A DNA stretch of 64,000 nt from Marsupella aquatica (taxonomy: Eukaryota > Plantae > Marchantiophyta). Both the position numbers and the translations under genes were made by a program. The stretch's first letter is position 1; the number at the start of each line of letters is the position of its first letter. Below, one piece after another: positions 11,842 through 24,943 of this stretch. The DNA lies in assembly GCA_973895155.1 (NCBI GenBank), contig OZ316894.1, positions 10,819,874 through 10,883,873 of the forward strand. Direction: 5' to 3'. The notes under the pieces were generated by a model. That model had not been told where the DNA came from and did not search any database. It was given only the letters and a program-made list of their open reading frames with translations.

Positions 11842-12306
11842 GTACTAGCATTACTCTCTACGAGTTTTAAAAATCATGCAGAATAGTTGCAAGATGAAAG
11901 TATTCACTTCGTACATACAACGTAACCATGGTTTGCTTGATAATGGCCGCAATGAATTGAACTTCGATTGTTATTGTCAATGAGCCAACTAATTAGGGCT
12001 GTCTTTAGGCAGGCATGTCACTTGAATTTGGTCATTGGCTTCGTTGTTATGACAGGCTCAGGGTTTAACCTCAGTGGAGTTTTGTGCTTGTTGCATGGAG
12101 CCTTAGTACGGTCTCCGGTAGACTAGCTAAATAAGATTGAATTGGATTGGGTGTTCTAATAAGTCTGACCCGGAAAACGAGTGTTTCACTTTCTCGTTTT
12201 GCTTGTTGATAAACTGATGTTCACATTCTGCAGCTTGGTGAACTGTGATCGTCAGTTTCAGCAGTGACAGTTTTTCTTACACATGTTGTGTAACTTCGTC
12301 TAACAG

Positions 12307-12746
12307 AGTACGCCTACACTATGAAAATCACAGAGAAAAGTGATGTTTACAGCTTTGGTGTGGTGCTCTTGGAGATTTTGACAGGGCGAAAGCCTGTGGA
12401 ATCCATTGATGGTGAGGCTGTCGACCTTGTGAGGTGGGTTAATCAAAAAGTGCAAAGTGGTCACGGGGACAGGAGTATTTTGGATCCTCGTTTGGGAGGT
12501 ATGCCAGAGTACCACCTTTGTGAGTTTGATGAGGTGTTGGGTATTGCCCTTCTTTGTGTCAGTGCTATCCCCAATGGCAGGCCCACAATGAGAGAAGTGG
12601 TGGTACGGCTAATAGGGGTACAACCTGATATGGGCATGAGGTGCTGGGCCAAGTATAGCTCACGTAGTGACTCCAGCTCCAAGCTCCCAATTCTCTGGAA
12701 ATCTGGTTCTCTAACAACAAACGACTCTGGTTGGTCTTGGGAGTAG
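12307..12746 (+). CDS. RGI: LRR-XI receptor kinase, exon 2 of 2 (kinase C-lobe)
   Basis: Acceptor taacag|AG completes [35 protein letters not shown]...RPTMREVV. Stop TAG ends at 12746. Confidence 0.95.
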
Positions 12747-14938
12747 CAGGGAACTGGTAGGTGGGGTAATTTCTATTCACAGCTCATTTCCTGCAGTGTG
12801 CAATGCCTCTGGATAGTTGTGGGTGCCTAATTATCCTTCTCCTTGACCGGACCAATCCAATTTTTGGCATAAAGGGTTGCCCCAACTTTTGAAGGCAACA
12901 CCATCACAGCTGATCCATATGTTGCAACTTTCGGGCCCTTGGAACTTCCGCTCTTATTTTGTATTCACCACACAATCAATAGGTTAGCTGCAACAACTAA
13001 ACCGGCATCGCCACATTTGGATGAGCTGCAAAGTTTCTTCATCAGAGGTTTGTTGGACTATATCCTATAAGAGAAGCAAGTGGAGATGGTCACTGGATCT
13101 CGTACCCACAGTAGTGGCCCGCGTAGGGTTAGGGTAGTACCTCTGGAGCAACTATAATGAAGCCACACAAGCAAAGAACGGTGTTGGTCAAGGGACCACT
13201 CGTGGGTGGAGGAGAATGAAACCAAGAGCAGATCAAACAGGTATTGGCACTGGATAATTGCCCTGAGGCACAAGCAACGAAGTTTCGAGTCATTTGTACT
13301 ACTGGGAAATCCAGAAGCAGCTTGGACCCTAGGACAAGCTGGTGACATTCGTGCCCAGGAGTGACGTCTATATCAGTCGTGGTAAGTGGTCTACAATTAT
13401 TTTAAGTGGCATTACATGGAAATGTGCTAGTCTGAAATCATATGACTACTAGCTTCTCAGTCAAACTGAAGGGATCTGATCTTTCATGCCACAGATATTT
13501 TCTGAAAAGCCGTGGAACGCGCACATTCAACATGATGGATCGAAGAGGGTCCGCTGTTCTTGAATTATATACAAATTTTCTGTCATCCCAATAGAAGCTA
13601 AAGTCGGCTTAGCTTGCGAAGCCAATTAAGCATGCCTTTCGCTTTTCATCGCAACGAAGTAAATTTTCAATTCAGTGGTGATCATTGGATCTTAAGAGTC
13701 GTTGTCATGTTTACCTCATCTTTAAGGCTCTTAGGAAGTATCGATCTCTAAAGGCTGATGTAACAGGAACTTTATGTGCTCATTAAAGTGGATATCTTCC
13801 TACGTGGCTCGTCATGTAGTTCGACTCGCGCACATACTTTCAGGTGTGTTACCCGGTATAGTATGTGAGTTCAAAGTATCTGACAGCTTAAGAATTTTGA
13901 TCCAGGCCACTATACCGAGATGCTCTTTAAAAAGGACATACTCCTCGAATTTCAAAAACATTCGCAGTTCAGAAATTGAGTGGCGAACATGCTCTCTCGA
14001 GTTGAAACTTTAGTGAGAGAAACCTGATGACGGTCAGTTGAGAACCTCGTGACATGAATAAACGAACTACAGGCCAACGTGCGCCCCGACTGCAGTTCTT
14101 AGAGATCTGTAGGCACCCAATTCATGTTGTCATCTACGCCTAACTGACAACGAAACCATGGTACCTTAAGAAGGTCTTGAATTTGCATCATGCCACGATA
14201 ACAAAGGCTTGGAAGTACCAATTAATTGCCTAGCGAAAACGTTCAATATATTGAACTAAGAAGAACATACGATTAAAAAACTTATCAGGAAGTCTCAAAC
14301 ACCCGAGCACATGTTTGAGCGCAAAAAACGCCCTAAACAATTTCTAGCTCTTGCAAATTTTCTACGTCTTTGCACGAAAACTCTATGCACGAGAATATTC
14401 ATTCGAGTTCCTCGTGAATTTGATAGTGTACACAGCTTAAGACTACTATTACGGTAACTCGCTCTGAAGGCCCTTTACAGCTGGAGATTTCGGAATACAA
14501 AGTCCTGAACTTTTCAGGTTTGATCTGCTCAATCGTCATCAGAATGTCTCTTTCTGGCCTTTCATCCACGGTGTCTTGCTCCATCCAAATAGGTTTCATT
14601 TTGAATACAGTCTTGGAGGATAAGATTCTTTAAGTTCACATATGTTAAATTTCACGGCATCTGATGGTATGTCTTAACCACTGAGCCCACGAGAATCCAG
14701 GTCATAAACCAAAAGGAGTGATATATGAACATAGACACAGTTTACAAAAAGGGGAGATATCTTATGGTACACAAGTTGCCCTGCAGGCGAATCTCATTTT
14801 GAAGCATAGCTGACGAGACTTCAATCTAACTAAAGATGAGTTTCTTGCCAACTGAAATCCAAGTAGTAAAGTTCTACAAAGTTTACACCCAGTTGACCAC
14901 ATTCTCTGTTTGCATGTCTATAACAGAACAGGAAGCTC

Positions 14939-15121
14939 CTAAATGGAAGCTCCAGTCCGAAGGATTTTCTCTAACTTGTCAGCCTTCTCATAATGAGCTG
15001 TAGTGACAGGACCTGTTATCTCCACAACTAGATGTGGAGTCGGAAGTTCGTCGAATAATGCTCTCACATTGTGACAGCAGACACTCTCAGCGTGTGCGTT
15101 CTCTCTTCTGATTTGACAGCC
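14939..15121 (-). CDS. Conserved plant protein, exon 4 of 4
   Basis: ctttcag|GGC..., reading GCQIRRENAHAESVCCHNVRALFDELPTPHLVVEITGPVTTAHYEKADKLEKILRTGASI*. From memory this resembles a conserved angiosperm protein C-terminus; I cannot name the gene. Confidence 0.85.
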   Translation of the reverse strand, partial: GCQIRRENAHAESVCCHNVRALFDELPTPHLVVEITGPVTTAHYEKADKLEKILRTGASI

Positions 15122-15436
15122 CTGAAAGCCACAAGAAATGGGATTTGATCGCCATCATAATATTTCATGAGTCAACTGGTCACTATAGCATGTCACAATA
15201 GCATATTGCCACCTCCAGAAAGAAATTGCCAGAGGACACGACCCTCACGCTTCCAGCATAAAGCTCAATTGGCCACATTATGCACCTATTGTAGTTACGA
15301 GAATGCTCTCGGACAACAAGATGTCAAGAGAATACCCAACAGGAGAGGTGCAAAATATTGGACAGACCAGAGATGTCCAACTACGTGACAAGACCGGGAC
15401 AGAAACAAGAGATCAATCAAAGGTAGCAAAATATAC

Positions 15437-15612
15437 CTTGTGGGTTGCAACATCTCTGAAAGTGTCGTCTTCTGCCAAAAGAGATGAGATGGCGTTAAGC
15501 AGCTTTTTCCCAACTGCCTTTGATGGTACACGGTAGCGTCTCACTAGAATGCCTTTTGTATTTGGATGCCACCTGCTTCTAAGCTTGGCAAGCTCCTTAT
15601 TCCTCTTCCCCT
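15437..15612 (-). CDS. Conserved plant protein, exon 3 of 4
   Basis: aaagcag|AG...CACAAG|gtatat, reading EGKRNKELAKLRSRWHPNTKGILVRRYRVPSKAVGKKLLNAISSLLAEDDTFRDVATHK. Confidence 0.85.
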
Positions 15613-15750
15613 CTGCTTTGAGCAAATTATGATTAAAGTTAGAGATCAACTTCCTCAGTATTATAGCCAGATATCTGTAATCTGTTTCTATAAAAAATTC
15701 CATTAGAATGACAACAGGGTTTCAATCATGAGAACGGATCTGCTTCTAAC

Positions 15751-15822
15751 CTGGATCACCGCCAATAAGTTTTCCAATCCATGCCAGGGGCCCTTTATCT
15801 TCTGACTTGTCATCTCCTGAAT
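15751..15822 (-). CDS. Conserved plant protein, exon 2 of 4
   Basis: 72-nt exon, tttttcag|AT...CCAG|gttaga, reading DSGDDKSEDKGPLAWIGKLIGGDP. Phase 1 at both ends. Confidence 0.75.
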
Positions 15823-16639
15823 CTGAAAAAAAAATCCCAACAGTGCAATTAAGTATAACTCTCTCAACGAAAGGGCTTTTCTCTTCTATTGTCTGCATCC
15901 CGTGCTCCCATCAATTTGCAGGAGACTTTGCAATTCAAGGATATAGAGTGAGCGAAAGTGAACGACCCACCATTTCAATCTGCTAGGTTCACTTCTACTT
16001 TCACGAGCTGGTAGACAAGTAGGCAAATGCTACTTTAGTGAGCACTTCTTCAGATTACTCAAGGCTTAGAGGAAAGTGCCTCTATAAATCCTGCCCCCCC
16101 ATAAGTCGATGCAAATTCAGAGTATAAATTTGTCATCATAATGTCTAACGTTCTACCCCCAGAGTCTGCTTAACTGACAGCATTGATGGTCTGATTAAAT
16201 CAAATGCAGACAATTTCGTACCAATGAAGTCCGTGTTGAGACCTCCAACCAGACGAATTCCCAGGAACCTCACAACTGTAAGAGCTAATGATAGAGGGGG
16301 CATCAACGAAAATACAACCAGAGGTTTGACAAAATTCAGGAGAATTCTCTTTAAAATATTGGATGCGAATCTGAGTAAAACCATTGACATATATGAGAAG
16401 AAAATCTAGAAGAAACATGGGAGTATGAGCCTGAACAGAAAGAAGAAGAAAAAAGCCCAACGACGTCCTCATCAGAATGGAAACATTAGCCCCGCACGAA
16501 TGCTCACCGGAAGACGGATACGAAGAATACTCCGTACTAGCAGCAGGAATGATGAGAATGCATCCTCACATGAAGAACACTGAAGAACAATGTAAGGTCC
16601 TCTCTAAGCGTTTGACAAAAATAAATTCGAGATCTTAAC

Positions 16640-17039
16640 CTGCAGTACTCTGGGAACGGCCCGGAGCAGCAACCCCAGTTTCCAGGAGAACGTAGAACAC
16701 GGTCGTTCGAATTATCCACACTGCAGGATCCACCAGCAGTGAAGCGTGCGCTCGGCCCCCCTCCTTCCGCTCAGCAGCAGCAGAAGATGACGACAGGAAC
16801 CAATCCTCTGTCCATTTCCGCAGCTCATTGTGCGCAAGCAAAATCCCATTTGCCCGAAACCCCAATCGTAAACTCAGGCTACTCCTGCTCCCTCTGCAAA
16901 GAAGCTGCCCACCCCATGCTTTTCTCCCTGAGAGCGAGGCCCAGCCGCCACCCCTGCTTTCGACAGTCGTTTTCCCACTGGAACGCAAAACCTCGCACGG
17001 CCATAGCGAGGAGAGAGTTTGGGCCACGCAGCACTGCAT
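16640..17039 (-). CDS. Conserved uncharacterised plant protein, likely plastid-targeted; exon 1 of 4 (276 aa total)
   Basis: ATG at 17039 with a Ser/Arg/Gly-rich transit-peptide-like N-terminus. Donor ACTGCAG|gttaag is phase 1, compatible with the next exon. Confidence 0.75.
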
Positions 17040-17788
17040 TTACGTTAATCACTCCGATTCAGGCGGCGCACAACCTTTTTCCCTAACGTCACTCGCTTCG
17101 ATTCGGGACACGCACAACTCTCAAGCACTGAAGCACTGGCTACCCTCTCAACTCCACGACTACAACTATAACTACATCTACTAAAGAGGGGAACTGATGA
17201 GCTACCCAACTTCTTGGGATGATGAGCTCGGGGGGTATCAGAATTGGGTCAGAACTTCTGAACTGAATTGAGCTTCTTCAGCAGATTCGATGAATGCTTC
17301 TAGTGCATTTGATGCAAAAAAGCTTTGTTTTGTCGGTGGTTTCGGACGTTCAATCCCCAAACCTTCCAAAGTCCTAGACCAATGTTTCAAAGCACCCCTC
17401 TAAGGTATTCAGGCTCGACATTCAACTTCTCGAAGCCAGGGGGAAAAGAAGAGGCAGGCTGTATGCTGACAGTGTCATGTACGAGGCTGGAGAAATTGCT
17501 TGCTGCTGCTGAGGAGGAGGAGGAGAAGGCTTGCTTTTACAATCGGATTTGAGCTTTCACACACGGGTTTGGCAGTGAACTGACGAAGTAGTCAGGGAGG
17601 AGTACGGGATCATGCTTATCCACTCGAGCGAGGCTTCAGGAGCCTTTTCGGAGTGCTCCAAGCGTGTATTTCAAATCTAAGACACTATTCTTAATAAGCG
17701 GAGCCAAACGAGGGAAAAGGCAAGGAGCTTGGGCATGATAACCAAGGGACACAAAAAGTACCCCCCATGCTTTTCTCCTTGAGAGCGA

Positions 17789-17907
17789 GGTTCTAGCTCA
17801 GGTGACCAGGGAGATTGGGACTTGGGTCCAGCAGGTTAGGTTCAAGCGCCCCTTTCTCAGTGGGTGTGGGTGAGTGCGAGGGTGAGTGTTTATGGGTGAG
17901 TTGGACC
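17789..17907 (+). mobile_element. tRNA-derived SINE-like relic
   Basis: A-box-like TAGCTCAGGTG and B-box-like GGTTCAAGCGCC, followed by a GT-rich body similar to the reverse complements of 30200-30390 and 57914-58140. Confidence 0.5.
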
Positions 17908-18678
17908 AAGTGCCATACAAATATCCTGTATGGCACTAAAACACTATAGTATGTAATGTTGCTCCTGTGGGGATGGACCTAAAGGTGCCACTGCGCACCT
18001 TTTCCATGCCAAACTCATCACTCTCTCCGCAGCTTGTGCACTCCTTGAAATCCAGTTGCCAAGCCAACTTGTCAACTCCCCCATCAATAGTGTTGGGCGG
18101 CCAATAGCATGGTGCACAATATTGCCGATACCATGTTGGAATTGAGCTAGGCTGTGCTATTAAAAAATAAATAAATTCAATAGAGTCCATAGAGGACAAA
18201 GATTACTCGTAGGAAAAATAAAGAAAGCAAATACCAAAAACCTCAACTCAACGAAGAAAAAAACCTGTCTGCATCAGAAAGTGTCAATGTCTAGTGATCC
18301 ACATCAAGTGTAGTGACCTGAACCTGCAAACGGGGCCTGAATATCCTCAAGCAAGGCAAAGCCTCTCACGAGGTGCACTAGTACACACTATTGAACTGAT
18401 CCTCAATCTGTTACATCTGACTCAAGGTAAGAAACCAATGGTTGCAGCTGGTGAACATTGTTTTCAGGTCAATTTTAACCCACAAGTCTTACACTCAAGG
18501 AAATGGGCACCCTATCTCCCTCAAGAGACTCCATAATGTTTTGAGGATTGCACATTGAGGCAATAGCTAAAGCTGTCCAACTTTGTCTTTGGAATAGTAA
18601 ATGACAAGTTGTTACTTCACCAAATAGGACCAACTGACATCACTCATACACATAACGAAGTTATACATGAAAAATCTT

Positions 18679-19157
18679 TGTCGTGCACATACACATCGCT
18701 ACACAACATATATCGCATGTCACACATATACAAACATGAGCACAAACAAACATAAGAGAATGGGGCTACAAGTGTAACTCATGTCCACACATGTCCAAAA
18801 CCCACAATACCCTTCCAGGCCTATGTACAACCTGGAAATCAATCTGAACAAACCACAACTGATGCCAATCAAACATCCGATTCTGTCTGAAATGATCAGA
18901 TACAAATATCGAGCCAAACGCACATCACGCTCTAAGGAATCCATGTTACATATACATGCAACCGGCCAGCCTCACCATAGCCGCCAAAGCTCATGCTCAA
19001 AAGCTCAACATCGAAGAAGTGAGGCCTTTGAGCCACAACAAAGGGATAACTATCCTTCACAAACATGAATTGAACCCTATCAGCTCATATAGCACACATA
19101 CAAAACATATAAACCTAGAGCACGATATACTCTAATACTACCTAGATTGGTGTGACA
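18679..19157. mobile_element. Solo LTR, family A, copy 2
   Basis: Colinear with 26-491, with the same ends (TGTCG...CTAGATTGGTGTGACA). TSD not cleanly preserved (ATCTT / TTCTA). Confidence 0.75.
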
Positions 19158-20981
19158 TTCTAGAAGGTGATCAACCCTACCCAGAAGCCAGCTCCACAAT
19201 CTTGAATCCTGAATTCTTACTACTCACTTTCACCTGAATCAAAAGTTAAATCCCTATTAATGACCATCTTGCAATGGGTTCTGCTCCGGCTTATTAACCA
19301 GTTTATAGATAGGTCTTTCTCCAAATCACCGTGGTTTCAATGTATATCAGAGACTTTTCCAGCCTGCATGGCTTGCTATAGCACAGTTTCCGCCGAAAAG
19401 AAAGAGCGACATTACATACTATAGTATGACACGTCCTTGTTTGGCAACCCAAATGCTAAATGGTATCATAGAAAAATCAAGGTATACATTCATCTTTGAC
19501 TGTGTATTGCATTGAAGTTGTATACATACTTTGAAACTCGTAGGTAGAAGAAGGACAATTAGGAAGGGACGACCAATTATCTACAATAAATGGTCGCAAT
19601 GGAACTAGACCTTCACATGAAATAAAAGTTTCACTTCAGCAGCTTAGTCCATTAGCAAATCTTGAGCAAAGCCTTTGATTTCCCTATCATGTATAACTGC
19701 AACATAGACAGTATTTCTGGGCCAGCACTATCCAAACTCTTGATCTAAGTTAGTACCCAACATGTCATCTTGGCAGTGAGGTTTGCTCGGAGTTTTGATA
19801 TAATTAAACATGACCAAACGGAATCAAGTATCCAGCCATTAGACTAGCTAGGAGTATGGCTATTCGTGACCTCTGAGTGGTGCATGTATTGGTCCCAGGT
19901 TTTTAAGAAAAATTGTGAGTATCAATCTTGTGGGAAAAACATTCTTTATAGAATATTCATTTCAAAAAAACTTCATGCTCAATTCTTCCCTTTCATTTTG
20001 AAATTGGAAACAACTTTATTGCCACCTGACAGAGGAACGCAAGTGTGCATAGCGCCATGCAAGAAGAAGATTGGGGATTTTCCTTTTGTGCAACAACTTC
20101 TAAAGAAAAAATGAGACACCACTCATGCTTGCTTAAAAGTTTAATTAGTTTGAAGACCCCTTGGTTATGTGAGTTTGATGTAATTCAACAAGTTAGAGTC
20201 AATGATGACTTTCATATTGGAACAGGTTTGAATATGGAGATGAGAGTAGAAAACTGAGATCATTCATGGTAAGAGTCCATGCAAACTGTTTCCTTGGTAC
20301 TCGTGTGTCCATATAGTCCATAATACCTTCCATACAGTCCACACAAAAATATAATAGCACTTGAAGAGTTTCATACGTTTCTTTGGTATCCCTCCGTCCA
20401 TAGTAAGCCAAAGGTTCCTTACAGTCCCTTGGTATTCCTCTATCCATAGTAGCCAAAGAGTCTCTTATGGTGCCTTGGTAAATGTGACGGTAGGTTAAGG
20501 ATTTCTTTCTACCCATGGTCATTTCAAATTTTTACCAATTCAATAGAAAACTCATATAATTTACTGGAAAACACTGATATATCAATCACAACTTATCCAA
20601 AGGTTACTTTTTACCAATTTCTTTGTTTATTTGAAATATGGGTTTTCCATTTTCCATTTTTTTTACAATTACGGGGTTTAACTCATTTTCTTTGCCTGCT
20701 CAAACACAAATAGTCATATTTGGTTCTTCTTGCATAACAAACTTTTCTTGATTGTGACCAATAGTGCTAATGTGGCTGCACTAGCTTCTAGGGATTTTGG
20801 AAGGAGCTTCCCATGGGGGTGAGTAAAGATGGTTTTGGTTTTGGAATGCTTTTACAAAAGTTTCACATAAGCTTTATGAACTTTATAAATAGGTGCAATG
20901 TCTTCTTTTCAATGTGCAAGGAATCCTTACTACTGTGAAAGTAAAAGCGCAATAAAAACCCAATGAGGAAGGCAACCGAGA

Positions 20982-21182
20982 AAGGGAATAACCCATACCT
21001 AATAAGGAAAGAGAACCAACAACTTTAGGGGGATGAATCTGTAAAGACCCAATAAGGAAAGGCCACCCACAAAGGGAATAACCCAAACCTTATAAGGAAC
21101 GAGAACCAACAACTTTAGGGGGATAAATCTGTAAAGTCCCAATAAGGAAAGGCCACCTGGGAGGCCACCCACAAAGGGAATT
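20982..21182. repeat. Tandem repeat, about 91 bp x2 plus a partial unit
   Basis: AAGGGAATAACCCA...GAGAACCAACAACTTTAGGGGGAT.AATCTGTAAAG.CCCAATAAGGAAAGGCCACC is repeated. Confidence 0.85.
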
Positions 21183-21321
21183 GAAAACTCAAACCCAATA
21201 AGAGAAGACAACCCAAAGGGAGGCCTGGTGTTGAAGCCTGCTGCTAGCAAGCTACACCACCACACACATCTGGGAGTGGGATATAGTGGAATGTTTGACA
21301 CTATTCACCGCAATTAGTGTT

Positions 21322-21471
21322 AACTGCATGTTAAATCTACGTCAAGTTAATGCCCTCCGTACACCATAACCCTAAACCAATACACTATATTTATGATCAC
21401 CGAATGATTTGAATGACATGTGTCTTGGTTTATTTTCTGGTTGTGCGATTGACATAGATTTAACATGCGGT
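21322..21471. repeat. Inverted repeat (24-bp arms), MITE-like
   Basis: AACTGCATGTTAAATCTACGTCAA versus TTGACATAGATTTAACATGCGGTT, 2 mismatches, spacer about 100 bp. Confidence 0.65.
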
Positions 21472-22309
21472 TGAGTGTTATAGTTATTCCAGTGAAGCAG
21501 ATCATCTACAACACTCATGAATTAGCATTACTTAAACAAACCAAATTCGTGCATTTAAAAACCTTTTGGCCACGGGAAAGAAGCTGGGTGCTCCAGGTTA
21601 AGCATGACTTTTTGCGCCCTAACATGCACAAATTACTGTAGAAATTCCCTATTCCCCTCTGATTGTTAGTAACACTAGTTTCCCACTCACATTTATTAGA
21701 CACAAACACTACAGTAATAGTAGTGAGGTGCAGTTTTTGTGACCCATCAATTGTGCTTAAGAGGATAAGCAAGGCTTGAGCCCATTGTTTTAGTAGTGGA
21801 ATTTTGCCAAAACTCCACATCACTGAAAAGTTTTCACTATTTTTGGCAAACCTTCCCCACTTTCTTTATCTTCCAGTAGGCAGTTTTTCACATAGCCACA
21901 TACACCATTACCTCATATAATACATACATTGCCACTCTTTACGTACCCCCATGAGAGGTCCCTTGCAAATTCACTCTCATGAGGTTGTGCCACATAAGCA
22001 CAACCAGCCACAAAACAGGAAAAATCCTATTTTTGACAGTAACAAAAGTGCACATTCATGTTTGTGGCAAAAGCAACGTAACTTTTGGGGCGCCATGCCG
22101 TAAGTATTAAGTGTAAAAAAAACCAACATACAAAGGAAGAGATGTCATTTAGTAAAATAAAGTTACCATTCTGATGTTTATTAATGATATCTCAGTGTTT
22201 TACATCAAAATGCTTATAATTTTTAATTATTTGCAAGTTTGAAAAAACAAACCAATAGAAATGTACATAGTTAGAAATTCTTTGGCTCCACATTATAAAA
22301 CTAAATAAT

Positions 22310-22782
22310 CAATCTCCTTAGTACTTGATGAAATCTGTCAATGTTTGATTCATTGGAAAGTTCAAGATCAAGATTTAGAAATTCATGCCCTCTTTAGCAC
22401 TGTCTTGATAAAATCTCTCAATGTCACACTCATTGGAAAGCTCGAGTAAAATTAGAAACTCATCATCTCCTTAGTACTTGACCAAATCTATCAATATTAG
22501 GTTCATTGGAAAGCTAGAGAAGTTTGGATTCTCATGATCTCTCTTATTCTTGACAAATACTCTCAATGTCACATATTAGAAAGCTAGAGAGATTGAAAAC
22601 CTCATAATCTCTTTAGTACCGTGACAAAATCTGACATGAAATTTGTCAATGTTGGAAAGCTAAAAGAATTCAAGAACTCATTATCCAAATTTCTTATTGT
22701 CACACTCATTAGAAAGGCAAAGAAATTCAAAAACTCATTTGGAACTTGACAAAATTTGTCAATCTGAGGCTCATTGGAAACC
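22310..22782. repeat. Degenerate minisatellite, about 7 units of 55-80 bp
   Basis: Recurrent ...TCAATGT...CATTGGAAAG...AAACTCAT...CTCCTTAGTACTTGA cores near 22351, 22431, 22504, 22575, 22652, 22707 and 22772. Confidence 0.8.
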
Positions 22783-23939
22783 TTTCTAGATTAAGAGATG
22801 TCACAGTCTGGTCATCGTCACAAACTTAGCCGCTGCAAATTGATTTTTCCGATTACATCGCCATCACTTGTCCACAACACTTGCTTCCCGGCTTGAATTG
22901 TTTGCGTCCCTCCAATCTTCAACCGAAGCTCACTTTGAATACATGTTGACGCCAAATGCAACCTCTATGTCAAAGAAACAATCGCTGGCCTCCCCCTCAC
23001 ACCATAGCTTTCATAAATAAAAAAGACTACAAAAACTTCATGTAAAGTGATGACTCGTCCGTTTTGTGCGTTCTTCCCACCGAAACGACAAGCGCTCTTT
23101 CACCAACAGTTGAGTGTTGTCCTCCAGTCTGTCTTGTGACAGTAATGCTCAATGTAATTCACAAACGAACAATCATGAATAATAGAAACATAATTTCTCC
23201 AATGTGTAAACGAAAATCATCAAAAAACTCAATTCCTCCACATTCAACCTTCCATTTGATAAACCAGAGAGATCATCTCAACCAAGACTACCAGGAGACT
23301 CAAAACTATTGGTTACCACCTTGCTCGAGATTGATATCACTTCATCACACATGTACACATTCCTTGGATGAACTTGGGGGTCCATGGATTAATTTTTGGT
23401 ATACATTGTCATTGATTTTTTGGTTATCACAATGTCACTGTTTTGTTTGTGTGTTAAAAAATTAATAGTGGGTTAGCCTTCACATTTAATGGCTATCATT
23501 GCACCCAGTCTTGCAATCACACAGCTCCTGTCCCTCAAGGTGACATTGGCCACCCTCAACAGGACTGATTCTATGCATAGGGACAGGCTGGCCTTTGAAA
23601 AAGGCTGTACATAAAATGGGAGGACAGGACCACCCACAGTGCCCCTCGGCACATCAAGATGAAATATTAACCCAGGTTAATTTTTTAACCCCATAAACGA
23701 AAATAATGATATCATGATACTGAGAAAATTCAGTGACAAGGTACATGGATTGCCCTCCAAAGGGAGCAATCTAGTGAATCCTAGAACCTTGAAAATTACC
23801 TTGCTCACGTCCCTCCCTTTTTAAAATGCCTCCAAACAACAATAAACACCTCCTTCATTGACGGGCCTACCATCAATGCTCGATGAAGGATAAGTTATCA
23901 TGAATCCCAACATCAGTCTACGTCTCTACGAGGAATGGA

Positions 23940-24625
23940 GCTGAGGTCGTACCCATCAAATGATAGGAAGAATTTTTTATTTCCTCATTTATTGCTTTCC
24001 TTAAATGATAGGAAGAGTAGATCGTGCTCTTCATTGCTGTGCATTGGATAGGATTTGAACTACGCTAAATGTGAGATTTGTGTGTTCAGATGAGGACCAA
24101 GGCCATGGCCAAAGAGGGTCTGCAAATGAAATGAAGGGAAGGGGATCTGCAAATGAAATGAAGGGAAGGGGATCTGTAAATGACATGAGTAATTGGGGTG
24201 AGGACTGTGGAATGGACTAGGGGTCGTACCAACCAAATGATAGGAATAGTATATCGTGCTATTATTCATGGCATTGGATAGGAACTGAACTACAGTAGTT
24301 GTGAAATTTGTGTGTTTGGATGTAGGCCATGGGTGATGAGGGCCCCAAATGAAATGAAGGATGGACCTAGAAATGACATGAGTCCTTCGTGAAGACTGGA
24401 CTTGGGGTCGTACCCATCAAATGATAGGGGAGAATTTTTAATTTATTGTTTAGGAAACATCTAAAAGACATTCCTAAACATGACACTACTGTAGATCTCA
24501 TTGGACAGGAGTTGAATTACACGAAATGAGAGATCTGTGCGTTTGGATGTAGACCAGTGAGGGCCCCCAAATGAAATGAAGGGGAGGGAAGGGAAGGGAA
24601 GGGACATAGAAATCACCTGGGAGTA
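23940..24625. repeat. Degenerate tandem repeat block
   Basis: GGTCGTACC.A.CAAATGATAGG near 23946, 24222 and 24406. CAAATGAAATGAAGG is repeated at least 4 times. Confidence 0.75.
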
Positions 24626-24943
24626 ATTTGGGTGAGGATTGAGGAAGGGGATTGGGCCATTGGGGAGATTGGGAAGTACAACGAAATTTAATAAGCCGCT
24701 CGAGGAGGACATTCATGGGAGGCTGCCTTGAACGGCGAGAAACGACGGTGTTAAGGGGGACATTAATCATTGCATTTATTGCTATTGTGTTTTGAGGTTT
24801 GTGTTATTATATTCCTTCTTTATAGTTCTTTTTCTTTAATCTTGCACTTGCAGCGTTGGCTATTCTAATATGGAAATCGGAACGTACGTTTGAAAGGACT
24901 ACTGTAATCACCTCATCCCCTCCATGTTCCAATGGTACAACTA

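Noticed and set aside
11842-11870. ORF-track C-terminus GTSITLYEF of the 970-aa RLK
   Set aside because: Read-through into the conserved intron; the kinase continues in exon 2.
9073-12780. Short overlapping and antisense ORFs within the RLK
   Set aside because: Shadow frames of a real coding sequence.
14399-14599. 66-aa minus-strand ORF as an alternative last exon of the 4-exon gene
   Set aside because: An in-frame stop lies about 10 codons upstream of its ATG, no compatible acceptor was found and no family was recognised.
16145-16472. Minus-strand ORFs of 81 and 90 aa
   Set aside because: Inside intron 1 of the 4-exon gene; exon 1 joins exon 2 in phase without them.
17789-17860. tRNA gene
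   Set aside because: Only degenerate A/B boxes with no consistent cloverleaf; treated as a SINE relic.
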